A DNA stretch of 64,000 bases from a virus. Its lineage: Duplodnaviria; Caudoviricetes. Location: IMG/VR virus record IMGVR_UViG_3300021425_003554, one strand, 5' to 3'. A program made the translations under genes and the position numbers. Below the pieces are notes generated by a model. The model saw only the letters and a program-made list of their open reading frames with translations, made no database searches and was not told the DNA's origin. This document shows positions 20,092 through 30,392 of the stretch, in pieces. Positions within the stretch are counted from its first letter, which is position 1. Every line of letters starts with the position of its first letter.

Positions 20092-22310
20092 TTTCATCAA
20101 AAACATCAAACGACCTATTCAATAAGATTAGAAGTAAATTTTCTAACATACAGCTCGGTAATGCTAACGGAGAAGTTACAGCAGATACCAACGAAGCAGT
20201 GTTTTTTGACTTTGAATTTTCCGAAGATTCTGATAATTTTGGTAGAGTTTCAGTAAGCATCGCAGATGGAGAAAACATGAAAGTGTTTTATAATAGAGAA
20301 CTTATTGACAAAATTGACGAAACACAAAGAGACGAATGGTATGCATTTTTAAAAGAGTTAAAAGACTTTGCTGTACAGCATCAAATAACGTTTGATGTGC
20401 GAGATATTACCAAAAGTAACCTCACAAAGCAAGATTATAAGAATATAGCAGACACGACTCAAACGGTAAATACAGACGGTATGTCAGAAGAACTAAACAG
20501 AATTACAAAATTAGCAGGAATAAGCGAAGGCTTAACAGGCACAAAAAAAAGCTCATTCGAAAATTTGGACAAAACAAGATTAATCATCCGACACTCAAAA
20601 ACAGTAGACGAGAACATACCCGGAGATAGAACAAGAAATATTAATAGTTTATACATTGAAAACGAAGACGGCGAAAGATTTAAGTATCCAATCATACATT
20701 TAGCAGGTGCCAGAGCAATGGCACGTCATGTAGCCAACGGCGGAAAACCACATGACGACTTTGGACAACACATAGTGGGTGTAAGCGAACAAATAGCACA
20801 ATTAAATTCATTTTCTAGATATACGGCAAACAAAGATCAATTGAACGATTCTGCAGGTGATATCATCGAAAAAGCAAAAATGAAATTAGAAACTATGAGA
20901 AAATATATTAAAGGATTAGCAAAACAAAAAAATTATGAATCAGTAAAAGAAACTTTTCAACCTGCAGAAATATCAGAGTTAGACGACGAAACCAAATCAG
21001 CATTAAGAGAAAAATTTACATTGAAACACATGGACGACAGAGTTGAATCTGCACTTCCATTAATTCACAGCATAATGAAAGAGTACGATGACGAGATAGC
21101 AGACCCGGAAATGGACAAACCACTATCAGACAAAGATGCTGAAATTCCTGCACCGGTTGATGCGGCACCGATGGTACAACAATATCTTGCTGATCCAGAA
21201 AATAAATTGGTATTAAGAAAAGATGATACTGCTGACGCTATGTTAAAAAGAACAAAATTTACAAATAAAAACACAATGTTAGGTTCTATCTTAAGTGACA
21301 TTGCATCTAGAATGTTAACTAAAACACCAGAACAAGATAGAGTGGCAAACTTTGCATCACACGTTGCTGATGAAATTTCTCAGGAAGGTGAACCATTTTT
21401 TAAACCATCAAAAGACTATATAAGAAATAAAAAAATTGCATTCCAATTGGCAAAAAGATATGTTGACGATTACAAAAAAATGCAAGGTGATCCAGAATAT
21501 CAAAATCAAGTCAGAATGGAACCAGCCGAATTTGGCAATCCAAAAAAAGATAGACAAGGTAAAGCAAAAGAAAATATTGAAGCACAGTTTGAATCATGGG
21601 CAGATAATATAACAGAACAAAAACCATATGTCAGTATGTACTCGGGAGATGACGGAAAAATGGTTTATGACGTTCTAGACAAGGACGGCGAATCTGCTTT
21701 TAAAAGTGCTGACTACGATTCTGCAAGAAAATATTTAAGTAGCAACTTTAATAAATTAGCAGGCAGAGCCGAAGAAGCAGTAAACGAAAATGACGAACCA
21801 ATGATCATAGACGGCAAAGAAGTTGATTCAGAAAGCATTGAATACGACATGCAAGATTACAGTGATGTTATTGCTCCGATCAATTCTGCTAAATTTATTG
21901 ATGGCACAGATTTAACTGATGATCAAATGGCAGACTTAGAATCATCTAGTGCTTATATCAACTGGGTAAGACAAGACTACGATGAAAGAGCGATGTCCAT
22001 GGCAGATGATGTCAACACTACGGAAGGCAACGAATTTGCTCTAGCAGTTCAAAAAGCCAAAGCGGCGGGCATGAAAGCAGGAGACAAGTTTAAAGTAGGC
22101 GACAAAGAGTACACGTTAAAAGATGCTGTTGAATTGGCAGGATTAAAACTAGAAGAATTTTTTAACGAAGAAGAATTAGCAGAAGCAAAACCAGATTTCC
22201 TAGATCTGGACAAAGATGGTAATAAATCTGAGCCCATGAAGAAAGCGGCCTCTGATGCCAAAAAAGAATCCTCTGAACTAGACTCTATCAAAAAACTCGC
22301 TGGTATTTAA
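20088..22310 (+). CDS. Large acidic hypothetical phage protein
   Basis: 740-aa ORF; GARAMARHV..GG.PHD and KPDFLDLDKDG motifs. Confidence 0.6.
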   Translation: MISSKTSNDLFNKIRSKFSNIQLGNANGEVTADTNEAVFFDFEFSEDSDNFGRVSVSIADGENMKVFYNRELIDKIDETQRDEWYAFLKELKDFAVQHQITFDVRDITKSNLTKQDYKNIADTTQTVNTDGMSEELNRITKLAGISEGLTGTKKSSFENLDKTRLIIRHSKTVDENIPGDRTRNINSLYIENEDGERFKYPIIHLAGARAMARHVANGGKPHDDFGQHIVGVSEQIAQLNSFSRYTANKDQLNDSAGDIIEKAKMKLETMRKYIKGLAKQKNYESVKETFQPAEISELDDETKSALREKFTLKHMDDRVESALPLIHSIMKEYDDEIADPEMDKPLSDKDAEIPAPVDAAPMVQQYLADPENKLVLRKDDTADAMLKRTKFTNKNTMLGSILSDIASRMLTKTPEQDRVANFASHVADEISQEGEPFFKPSKDYIRNKKIAFQLAKRYVDDYKKMQGDPEYQNQVRMEPAEFGNPKKDRQGKAKENIEAQFESWADNITEQKPYVSMYSGDDGKMVYDVLDKDGESAFKSADYDSARKYLSSNFNKLAGRAEEAVNENDEPMIIDGKEVDSESIEYDMQDYSDVIAPINSAKFIDGTDLTDDQMADLESSSAYINWVRQDYDERAMSMADDVNTTEGNEFALAVQKAKAAGMKAGDKFKVGDKEYTLKDAVELAGLKLEEFFNEEELAEAKPDFLDLDKDGNKSEPMKKAASDAKKESSELDSIKKLAGI

Positions 22311-22328
22311 ACGATATAAATAGATGTA

Positions 22329-22376
22329 ATGTCTGTCGAAACAGAAAAAATACTAGAAGGTGAATTCACTATGTAA
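22329..22376 (+). CDS. Candidate 15-aa peptide MSVETEKILEGEFTM
   Basis: TATAAATA (22315-22322) lies 6 nt before the ATG. Confidence 0.3.
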   Translation: MSVETEKILEGEFTM

Positions 22377-22393
22377 ACCTTGAGGCTCGTTCT

Positions 22394-23101
22394 GTGTCTA
22401 AACTTAAATTTTCAAATATCGTTGATAACGAACATTTTTGTATACACGTAGAAGATCTATTATCTGAAGAGAAACTGCAACACTTGGAAGAGTTGCATGA
22501 ACAACACAAAAACAAAATAAAAAAAAGTAATCATAATACAAATAAGTACAAAGTATCAGGAACTACTTGGGACTTCAATGCAGAAGCATATTCTTATAAT
22601 GACACAAATAATATTTTAAAAAAAGAAATACAAAACATTTGGTGGAATTTTTTACTTGAACATACTTTAGAAAAAAAATTAGAATTATTAAACACAATCA
22701 GATATGTAGAACAGAACGATCCTCAAGGTTTACATACCGATATTGATATCAATAAAGGTATAAGTTTTTTAATACCTTTAGATTCTGATATTAATAATAC
22801 TTTGTATACATTAATTTTTAAAAAAAATATATCCTACAATATTTTAAAAAATAATCCTTCAGCGATGAAGGATTATTTAAATAGTTTAAAAGACCGTACA
22901 CCTTCATTAGATAAGAAATATAATTTAAGACATATTACAAACAGAAATATAGAAAAAGCAGAGTTATTGTATGGATTTAGATATAAAAGAGGTGATGCTA
23001 TAATATTCAATAGACATTTATTACATACTTCAACTTTTTGGAAAAACAAAGATTACCAAAGAAAGGATTATTTCTTTGGACACGCAAATTTTTGCCAATA
23101 A
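22394..23101 (+). CDS. 2OG-Fe(II) oxygenase-like protein
   Basis: HTD..ISFLIPL..GDAIIFN..LLH facial triad; GAGG SD before the GTG; very AT-rich. Confidence 0.6.
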   Translation: MSKLKFSNIVDNEHFCIHVEDLLSEEKLQHLEELHEQHKNKIKKSNHNTNKYKVSGTTWDFNAEAYSYNDTNNILKKEIQNIWWNFLLEHTLEKKLELLNTIRYVEQNDPQGLHTDIDINKGISFLIPLDSDINNTLYTLIFKKNISYNILKNNPSAMKDYLNSLKDRTPSLDKKYNLRHITNRNIEKAELLYGFRYKRGDAIIFNRHLLHTSTFWKNKDYQRKDYFFGHANFCQ

Positions 23102-23119
23102 AATTACCAATTTATTTTC

Positions 23120-23148
23120 TTGACTTTTCATAAATAACTGCGTATATT
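23120..23148 (+). promoter_or_regulatory. sigma70-type promoter with nested TAAATA upstream of gp32
   Basis: TTGACT-17 nt-TATATT; TAAATA at 23131. Confidence 0.6.
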
Positions 23149-23220
23149 ATACGTTAAGTCTAATATACATTTAGGCAATATAAAAACAAACATAGGCAAA
23201 CAACAAAGGAGGCTTATATT

Positions 23221-24210
23221 ATGGCAACACTAGCAGAAATAAGAGCGAAACTAAAATCTCAAGAAGTTAATCGTTCTTCAACATCAACTGGCGGAGACAA
23301 CGCCATTTACCCACACTGGAACATACAAGAAGGACAAGAATCGGTAGTAAGATTTTTACCAGATAAAGATCCAAACAACACTTTCTTTTGGAGTGAGAGA
23401 GCAATGATCAAATTGCCTTTCGCGGGTATCAAAGGACAGGCAGATTCTAGACCTGTACAAGTACAGGTTCCGTGTATGGAAATGTACGGTAAAACTTGTC
23501 CGGTACTAACCGAAGTTAGACCATGGTTCAAAGACAAATCCATGGAAGACATGGGTAGAAAATACTGGAAAAAGAAAAGTTATATCTTCCAAGGTTTTGT
23601 AGTACAAAACCCATTGTCCGAAGATTCAACACCAGAAAATCCAATTAGAAGATTTATAATTGGACCACAAATCTTTAATATCATAAAATCAGCATTGATG
23701 GATCCAGAAATGGAAGAATTACCAACTGATTCTGTGAGAGGAGTGGACTTTAGAATAACTAAAACTTCTAAAGGTGGTTACGCTGATTACTCTACTTCTA
23801 AATGGTCAAGAAAAGAAAGAGCACTCGATGAAGCAGAAAGATCTGCAATTGAAAATTTCGGGTTGCATAATCTTAATGACTTTAGACCAAAAGAGCCAAC
23901 CGAAGCAGAAGTAAAAATAATTAAAGAATTATTTGAAAAATCTGTAGAAGGTGAGGCTTATGATCTGGAAAAATACGGACAATATTATAGACCTGCGGGA
24001 GTGGCATATACGGCTACATCAAATGGGTCTAGTCCAGTAACAGAAACTAAAACAGTAACAGAAAATGTTACTAGTACTGTTGAACCGGTTGAAAAACCAA
24101 TAAGTGAAGAATCTACAACACCGAGTGTATCTACAACACCATCAAATGGTGATAGTGCCAAACGAGCTGAAGACATTCTAAAACTTATTAGATCAAGACA
24201 AGCAAAGTAA
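23221..24210 (+). CDS. Single-stranded DNA-binding protein (gp32-like)
   Basis: VRFLPD, VPCMEMYG..CP, RRFIIGPQIF, KGGYADYSTS; acidic tail; SD aaggagg. Confidence 0.92.
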   Translation: MATLAEIRAKLKSQEVNRSSTSTGGDNAIYPHWNIQEGQESVVRFLPDKDPNNTFFWSERAMIKLPFAGIKGQADSRPVQVQVPCMEMYGKTCPVLTEVRPWFKDKSMEDMGRKYWKKKSYIFQGFVVQNPLSEDSTPENPIRRFIIGPQIFNIIKSALMDPEMEELPTDSVRGVDFRITKTSKGGYADYSTSKWSRKERALDEAERSAIENFGLHNLNDFRPKEPTEAEVKIIKELFEKSVEGEAYDLEKYGQYYRPAGVAYTATSNGSSPVTETKTVTENVTSTVEPVEKPISEESTTPSVSTTPSNGDSAKRAEDILKLIRSRQAK

Positions 24211-24246
24211 ACATAAATTACCATTGGCTTCAGTTCAGTTATCGTA

Positions 24247-24275
24247 TTGACACTGGAGCCAATCGGTAGTAATAT
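24247..24275 (+). promoter_or_regulatory. sigma70 promoter embedded in a long hairpin
   Basis: TTGACA-17 nt-TAATAT; the -35 lies inside the attggcttcagt...actggagccaat stem. Confidence 0.6.
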
Positions 24276-24281
24276 AATACT

Positions 24282-24386
24282 ATGGATATAAAAAGAAAAA
24301 TTAAAAAAGCAGTTGATTGGTTACTATATCAACAAATTCCTGCATGGATTGTTATAGTTGCTATCATTGTTTGGATAATATTATAG
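24282..24386 (+). CDS. Unannotated 34-aa membrane peptide
   Basis: MDIKRKIKKAVDWLLYQQIPAWIVIVAIIVWIIL*; basic N-terminus plus hydrophobic helix. Confidence 0.55.
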   Translation: MDIKRKIKKAVDWLLYQQIPAWIVIVAIIVWIIL

Positions 24387-24393
24387 GACACAC

Positions 24394-25482
24394 ATGACAA
24401 AACCATTTGATATAACAAAATTTAGAAAAAGTATAACAAAATCAATTCAAGGACTGGGTCTAGGATTTAGTGATCCAACAGATTGGATCTCAACAGGTAA
24501 TTTTGCATTAAATTATCTTATATCCGGAGACTTCAATAAAGGTATACCGTTAGGAAAAGTGTCAGTATTGGCAGGTGAATCTGGAGCAGGTAAATCTTAT
24601 ATTGCATCTGGAAACATTATTAAAAATGCTCAGGAACAAGGTATCTTTGTTATACTGATTGATTCGGAGAATGCATTAGATGAGGCATGGCTTAAAGCAC
24701 TTGGTGTAGATACTTCCGAAGAAAAATTATTAAAATTATCTTTATCTATGATCGATGATGTGGCTAAAACTATATCAGAGTTCATGAAGGGATATAGAGA
24801 AGAACACGCAGACAATAAAGAAAATGCACCTAAGATTTTATTTGTAATTGATTCTTTAGGTATGTTATTAACACCAACAGATGTAAATCAGTTCGAAGCA
24901 GGTGAAATGAAAGGTGATCTTGGTAGAAAACCCAAGGCCCTCACAGCACTTGTTAGAAATACAGTTAATATGTTCGGAAGTTGGAATGTAGGACTGATTG
25001 CAACCAATCACACATATGCATCACAAGATATGTTTGATCCAGATGATAAGATATCAGGCGGACAAGGATTTATCTATGCGTCAAGTATTGTTGTTGCAAT
25101 GAAGAAATTAAAACTCAAAGAAGATGAAGATGGCAATAAGGTGTCTGATGTTAGAGGTATAAGAGCGGCTTGTAAAGTTATGAAAACAAGATATGCCAAG
25201 CCATTTGAATCTGTACAAGTCAAAATTCCATACGACACAGGAATGGATCCGTATTCTGGTTTAGTAGATCTATTTGAGAAAAAAGGTTTATTGAAACAAA
25301 CAGGAAATCGTTTGAAATACGTAGACTCCAACGGTAAGGAAATCATAGAGTTTAGAAAAAACTGGACTGGTGATAAATTAGATATAGTTATGAAAGATTT
25401 TCATAACATAATAGATAAAGAAACCGAAACCGAAAAGGGTCTAAAAAAAGATGGAAAATCAGATGACAGCAAATCAGATTGA
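24394..25482 (+). CDS. uvsX: RecA-like recombinase
   Basis: STGNFALNYLISG, GESGAGKS, IDSENALD, VIDSLGML, SGGQGFIYASS. Confidence 0.95.
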   Translation: MTKPFDITKFRKSITKSIQGLGLGFSDPTDWISTGNFALNYLISGDFNKGIPLGKVSVLAGESGAGKSYIASGNIIKNAQEQGIFVILIDSENALDEAWLKALGVDTSEEKLLKLSLSMIDDVAKTISEFMKGYREEHADNKENAPKILFVIDSLGMLLTPTDVNQFEAGEMKGDLGRKPKALTALVRNTVNMFGSWNVGLIATNHTYASQDMFDPDDKISGGQGFIYASSIVVAMKKLKLKEDEDGNKVSDVRGIRAACKVMKTRYAKPFESVQVKIPYDTGMDPYSGLVDLFEKKGLLKQTGNRLKYVDSNGKEIIEFRKNWTGDKLDIVMKDFHNIIDKETETEKGLKKDGKSDDSKSD

Positions 25483-25690
25483 AGAAATTTGGATAGCAAT
25501 TAGTAATTACTTGCCTGAAAGAGTTAAATTAGATTGTGCTATCGATTATGTCAAAACATTAGTTGATATGGATATAGATTCTAAAGTCATTAAAGCCGCA
25601 GGTGAATATGATGAAAAATTGCAACAAGCAATAGAAACTGTGCTCGACGAAGAAATCGACGAAGAAGACAACTATTTTGAGGAAGAATGA
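25451..25690 (+). CDS. Small acidic hypothetical protein
   Basis: 79-aa ORF between uvsX and uvsY. Confidence 0.6.
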   Translation: MENQMTANQIEEIWIAISNYLPERVKLDCAIDYVKTLVDMDIDSKVIKAAGEYDEKLQQAIETVLDEEIDEEDNYFEEE

Positions 25691-26145
25691 GTTGGTATTC
25701 AAAAATAAGTCAAGATATTAGTAAAATACCCGAATGCATACTGTACTTTAATAATGAATTAACTTTGGCAAAAAAAGAAATAGGTATATGGGGCAATCTT
25801 GAAAAAAATAGTGCCGCAATGCCGGGACAAGTTGAACACCGATTTAATCAATTGCAGGAAATCGAGGCTATTCTAGAATATCTTAATATCGAAAAAAGAA
25901 GATTACGATCAACTGTATTTAAAAAATTCTTAGAAAACTATCAAAGAGCATTATCATCTAGAGACGTAGAAAAGTATGTCGACGGAGAAGCAGATGTGGT
26001 CGACATGGAAAAAATTGTAAATGAATTTGCATTAATCAGAAACAAGTGGCTGGGTTTAGTTAAAGGTCTAGACCAAAAACAATGGCAACTTACTAACATT
26101 GTCAAACTTAGAGTCGCTGGTATGGAAGATGCATCAATCAAATAA
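25687..26145 (+). CDS. uvsY: Recombination mediator
   Basis: YQRALSSRDVEKYVDGE..RNKWLGLVKGLDQK; context next to uvsX. Confidence 0.8.
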   Translation: MSWYSKISQDISKIPECILYFNNELTLAKKEIGIWGNLEKNSAAMPGQVEHRFNQLQEIEAILEYLNIEKRRLRSTVFKKFLENYQRALSSRDVEKYVDGEADVVDMEKIVNEFALIRNKWLGLVKGLDQKQWQLTNIVKLRVAGMEDASIK

Positions 26146-26716
26146 AATTATATTAACCGATGTTGACGGTGTTCTTCTCGAATGGGAAAAACATTTTAGA
26201 CAATGGATGATGTCCAGGGGATTCACACTAAGAAAAGGTGCTGAAAAAAAGTATTCCATGATTGAAAGATATGGAATAAAAAAAGAACTAAAGGAATCAC
26301 TCATTGAAGAATTTAATCGATCTGCATGGATGTCAATACAAGAGCCCATGCCCGATTCACAAACTTGGGTAAAACTATTGCACGCCGAAGGTTGGACATT
26401 TATACCAATAACATCACAAACTACCGATATACCTGCACAAGAATTAAGGAAAAAAAGACTGAAAGAATTATTTGGCGGTACTGTGTTTGAAAATTTTATT
26501 ATATTAGACACAGGAGCTCACAAAGATGCGGCCTTGGCCGAATTTCATGGAACGAATTTATGGTGGATAGAAGATAAATGGTCTAACGCAAAAAAAGGAT
26601 TAGAATTTGGATTAAGACCGTTGATCTATAATCATACATATAATCAAAAATTTTATGACAAAAAGATCACTAGAGTAAATAATTGGAAACACATTTATCA
26701 AATTATCAATAAATGA
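26129..26716 (+). CDS. HAD-family 5'(3')-deoxyribonucleotidase-like protein
   Basis: LTDVDGVLL DxDG motif; WIEDK. Confidence 0.75.
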   Translation: MHQSNKIILTDVDGVLLEWEKHFRQWMMSRGFTLRKGAEKKYSMIERYGIKKELKESLIEEFNRSAWMSIQEPMPDSQTWVKLLHAEGWTFIPITSQTTDIPAQELRKKRLKELFGGTVFENFIILDTGAHKDAALAEFHGTNLWWIEDKWSNAKKGLEFGLRPLIYNHTYNQKFYDKKITRVNNWKHIYQIINK

Positions 26717-26734
26717 AAATAAACTCTAGTAATA

Positions 26735-28000
26735 ATGTTTGAAAAAGAAAAAAAATATTTCCCAATAAAAACAAAAACGGCTTGCCAACTCAAGTGGAAT
26801 TGGTCTACAATTATTTTGACCGAAGGAACGACCAGTAGTTGTCACAGATGTCTCAAAGTACCTTTGGACAAAGACAATTTTGATAATTTTCATAACTTGC
26901 CACACAAGATAAAAGAACGCGAAATTATGTTACAAGGTAAATGGCCCACAAAAGAAAACGGTGGTTCGGGACATTGCACATACTGTAAAGATATTGAGGA
27001 CTCCGGAGGGTTGAGTGATAGACAGCATCATTTAAACATACCTAACCAAGTTCCGGAAGAATTAGAAAATGATACCACACTTACCAAAATAACTCCAAAG
27101 GTTTTAGAAATTTTTCTAAATAAAACGTGTAATCTTAAATGCACTTATTGTAATACAAGAAACAGTACACAATGGAATATTGAATCAAAAAAATTTGGTC
27201 CACTTAAAGACACAAACGGAAATGAATTTTCTGGATATACTTTCAGTGAAAGTGTGCCCGAACATCGACAACTTTTTGAAAAATCCATGGATTGGATTAA
27301 AAGAAACGGTAGTAAATTAACTAGACTACATTTACTGGGTGGGGAAACTTTTTATCAATCAGAACTACAAGAAGTAATTGATACATTATCGTCACTGAAA
27401 AATCCAAACCTAGAACTTAATATTGTTTCTAATTTAATGGTTAAAGAAAATACTTACAAAAACTATATAGAGCAAATCAAAAAACTTTGCATAGATAGAA
27501 ACATTGGTAGATTTGATCTCACTGTCAGCATAGATGGTTGGGGCAAGGAAGCCGAGCTCGCTAGATTTGGTTTGAAGTTGGATCATTGGGAAAAACTATT
27601 CCAATATACGGTCAATCAAAAATGGATTTTTTTGAATACCAATCAAGTCATTACTGCTTTAACCATGCGTACTATTCCGGATTTAATTAATATAATACAA
27701 AAATATAGAAAAATAAGAACTATAAACCAAGAAATTACATTTGTTGATGGAAGAGAATGGATGCATCCTAAAATTTTTGGGAAAAAATTTTGGGAAAACG
27801 ATATCAAAAAAATATTAGATATCATGCCAGAAGATAATGAAAATAATAAAAATGCCAAAAAATATATGGCAGGTTGTTTAAACTCTTTACCAGATGAACA
27901 AAATAAAAAGTTAATACAAGAATTAAAATATTTTTTAGATCAATTAGATCGTAGAAGAAACACAAACTGGAAAGAAGTCTATCCTTATTTAGATATATAA
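26735..28000 (+). CDS. Radical SAM protein with N-terminal SPASM/twitch-like Cys cluster
   Basis: CNLKCTYC; ACQLKW..SCHRC; LLGGETF; SIDGWG. Confidence 0.9.
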   Translation: MFEKEKKYFPIKTKTACQLKWNWSTIILTEGTTSSCHRCLKVPLDKDNFDNFHNLPHKIKEREIMLQGKWPTKENGGSGHCTYCKDIEDSGGLSDRQHHLNIPNQVPEELENDTTLTKITPKVLEIFLNKTCNLKCTYCNTRNSTQWNIESKKFGPLKDTNGNEFSGYTFSESVPEHRQLFEKSMDWIKRNGSKLTRLHLLGGETFYQSELQEVIDTLSSLKNPNLELNIVSNLMVKENTYKNYIEQIKKLCIDRNIGRFDLTVSIDGWGKEAELARFGLKLDHWEKLFQYTVNQKWIFLNTNQVITALTMRTIPDLINIIQKYRKIRTINQEITFVDGREWMHPKIFGKKFWENDIKKILDIMPEDNENNKNAKKYMAGCLNSLPDEQNKKLIQELKYFLDQLDRRRNTNWKEVYPYLDI

Positions 28001-28004
28001 TAGT

Positions 28005-28685
28005 ATGAGTTTAAAAGTATATGTGGGTTGGGATTCTCGAGAAGATATAGCATATCAGGTATGTGAGCATTCCATTAAAAGAAGAGATTCTTTGGCAGAA
28101 GTAATTCCTCTTAAACAAAATGAGATGAGAGCACAAGGAATTTACACCAGAGAAAAAGATAAACTTGCCTCTACAGAATTTACATTTACAAGATTTTTTG
28201 TACCTTACTTAAACGACTACAAGGGTTGGGCAGTATTTTGTGACTGTGATTTTGTATGGCGTGTATCTACAAAAGAACTAGAACAATACTGCGATGATTC
28301 AAAAGCGGTAGTGTGCGTACAACACGATTACCAACCAAAAGAAACAACAAAAATGGATGGACAGTTACAAACAGTGTATCCTAGAAAAAATTGGAGTTCT
28401 ATGGTATTATGGAATTGTGGTCATCCAAAAAATAAAATACTAACCACAGATTTTTTAAACGAACAAACTCCAAAATTCTTACACAGATTTAGTTGGTTGG
28501 AAGATTCAGAAATAGGCTCTTTACCACATCATTACAATTGGTTAGTTGGTTGGTACAAAGAACCCGAAGACGGCAAACCAAAAATATTACATTACACAGA
28601 AGGCGGGCCATGGTTTGATGGTTATCGAGAATGTGAATATGCCGATGTATGGAAGAAAGAAGTTATAAATCTTTTTTCAAATTAA
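28005..28685 (+). CDS. Glycosyltransferase (GT8-like)
   Basis: STEFTFTRF, FCDCDF (DxD), RKNWSS, HYTEGGPWF. Confidence 0.85.
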   Translation: MSLKVYVGWDSREDIAYQVCEHSIKRRDSLAEVIPLKQNEMRAQGIYTREKDKLASTEFTFTRFFVPYLNDYKGWAVFCDCDFVWRVSTKELEQYCDDSKAVVCVQHDYQPKETTKMDGQLQTVYPRKNWSSMVLWNCGHPKNKILTTDFLNEQTPKFLHRFSWLEDSEIGSLPHHYNWLVGWYKEPEDGKPKILHYTEGGPWFDGYRECEYADVWKKEVINLFSN

Positions 28686-29391
28686 AATCTTCAATAAATT
28701 TTTGTAGAGCAATCACATCATTTTCTAGATGTCGTGATTTCACTTTTTCCCAAACATATTGATCTCTGTTGGATATATTGAAATTTTTTCTTATTTGCTG
28801 TCCTGCATTGTCATCCAATATTTTTTTTGCTTTGAATTCAACTGTCGGCAAATAAAGACATCTGTTTAACTTACGTGCAACTTTTTGAGTGTAGGAATCG
28901 ACATGCCAATGCCAAAAATAAACAGGAGCAAGATACCCTAATGTGTTTGTCCAATTTTTATGAACAGCAAAATGTGCCGCTGGCAAAGGTTCGTCTCCCC
29001 ATAATTGTGTTTCATTACTTAATTGTTTTGTTCCTTTATTCCTGCCATCGTTTGGTACGACCATTAAAATTTTATCATCAAAATTATTAAATTGTTCTAT
29101 TATTAATTGATCCCAATCTTTAGTTTTAACTTGTACATCGTCTCCCATGAGCATCACAATGTCGTTGGTTGCTTTTTCACACATCAAATTCCAACTGTAA
29201 CACGTTGATTGGTTGGGACCTATCGTATAGTGTTTTTCATCAATGATATCACGATAATGCTCTAACTTTTCATCATCATCATTTAAATAAAAAAGAAATT
29301 CAGTTTCGTTTTTTTGATTAGCCGTTGCTGTATCAATTAAACGTTTGGCCAATTCGGGTCTTCCTCTAGAAGGACAACAAAACGAAATCAT
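28663..29391 (-). CDS. Glycosyltransferase (GT2/GT-A-like)
   Basis: CPSRGRP..LMGDDV..HWHVDSY. Confidence 0.7.
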   Translation of the reverse strand: MISFCCPSRGRPELAKRLIDTATANQKNETEFLFYLNDDDEKLEHYRDIIDEKHYTIGPNQSTCYSWNLMCEKATNDIVMLMGDDVQVKTKDWDQLIIEQFNNFDDKILMVVPNDGRNKGTKQLSNETQLWGDEPLPAAHFAVHKNWTNTLGYLAPVYFWHWHVDSYTQKVARKLNRCLYLPTVEFKAKKILDDNAGQQIRKNFNISNRDQYVWEKVKSRHLENDVIALQKFIEDFNLKKDL

Positions 29392-30392
29392 ATTAATTTA
29401 TTTTTCCAAGTATCGGGTGTGTGTTCATTAATAATTTCTAAAGGTAAATGATATTGAAATTTTTTTGTTCCTCTAGATCTGATATATTCTGCTGTTTTTT
29501 TAACAGACTGTCTCATATTTGTTGTTGTTTTATATCCTAGGAGTGTTCTAGCCTTGTCAGAAGAACACGTTGCTAATTTTACTTCTTTTGGTCTATCTTT
29601 ATGATGTATAGGATTTAGATTTACACCTGTTTCATTGGCACACGCTTCCGCCAATTGATTTATGGTAACAGGTTCTTCGTCGGGTCCTATGTTAACTACT
29701 TCACCTACTACATTATCATTAAATGCCAATGCATTTAAACAATACAAACAATCGTCGATATAACTAAAACATCTTTTCTGTTCGCCATCTCCGTATATGA
29801 TCGGCTGTTTGCCTTGCAACATCCTGTTCAACATTATACTCATTACATTTCTAAAAGGATCATCATATTTCTGTCGAGGTCCTACAATATTATGAGGCAC
29901 AGCAATAACATATTCCACACCGTGTGTTTCACATAGATTTTTTAAAACGTCTTCACCGGCTTTTTTTGCAATACCATATGGATCTTGTGGTCGACATTCG
30001 TAAGTTTCTTTATAAGGTAATTCGTCATGATGTCCATATCTTGCCATACTCGAGCAATATACAATCCTTTTGACATTATTTCTAATAGCCGCAGTAATTG
30101 TAGTTACAGAGGCTTCAAAAATATTTCTAGTAACTAAAACTGGAGAAAATACCGATAGACCTTCGTATGCCGTGGCCGCTGTATGATAGACAATATCGCA
30201 GTCTTTCATTGCTTTAGTCAAATTTTCTAAATCGCAACAATCTATTTGATGAAACTCCACATCTTGTGGTACATTATCAACATACCCACCAATCATGTTA
30301 TCATTACCAGCAACAGTGTGTCCGTTTGATAACATCAGGTCTGCTAAATGAGATCCAAGGAATCCTGCAACTCCAGTTATAAAAATTTTCAT
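29388..30392 (-). CDS. NAD-dependent nucleotide-sugar epimerase/dehydratase
   Basis: ITGVAGFLGSH; YGIAK (YxxxK); GDGEQKRCFSYIDD. Confidence 0.92.
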   Translation of the reverse strand: MKIFITGVAGFLGSHLADLMLSNGHTVAGNDNMIGGYVDNVPQDVEFHQIDCCDLENLTKAMKDCDIVYHTAATAYEGLSVFSPVLVTRNIFEASVTTITAAIRNNVKRIVYCSSMARYGHHDELPYKETYECRPQDPYGIAKKAGEDVLKNLCETHGVEYVIAVPHNIVGPRQKYDDPFRNVMSIMLNRMLQGKQPIIYGDGEQKRCFSYIDDCLYCLNALAFNDNVVGEVVNIGPDEEPVTINQLAEACANETGVNLNPIHHKDRPKEVKLATCSSDKARTLLGYKTTTNMRQSVKKTAEYIRSRGTKKFQYHLPLEIINEHTPDTWKNKLI

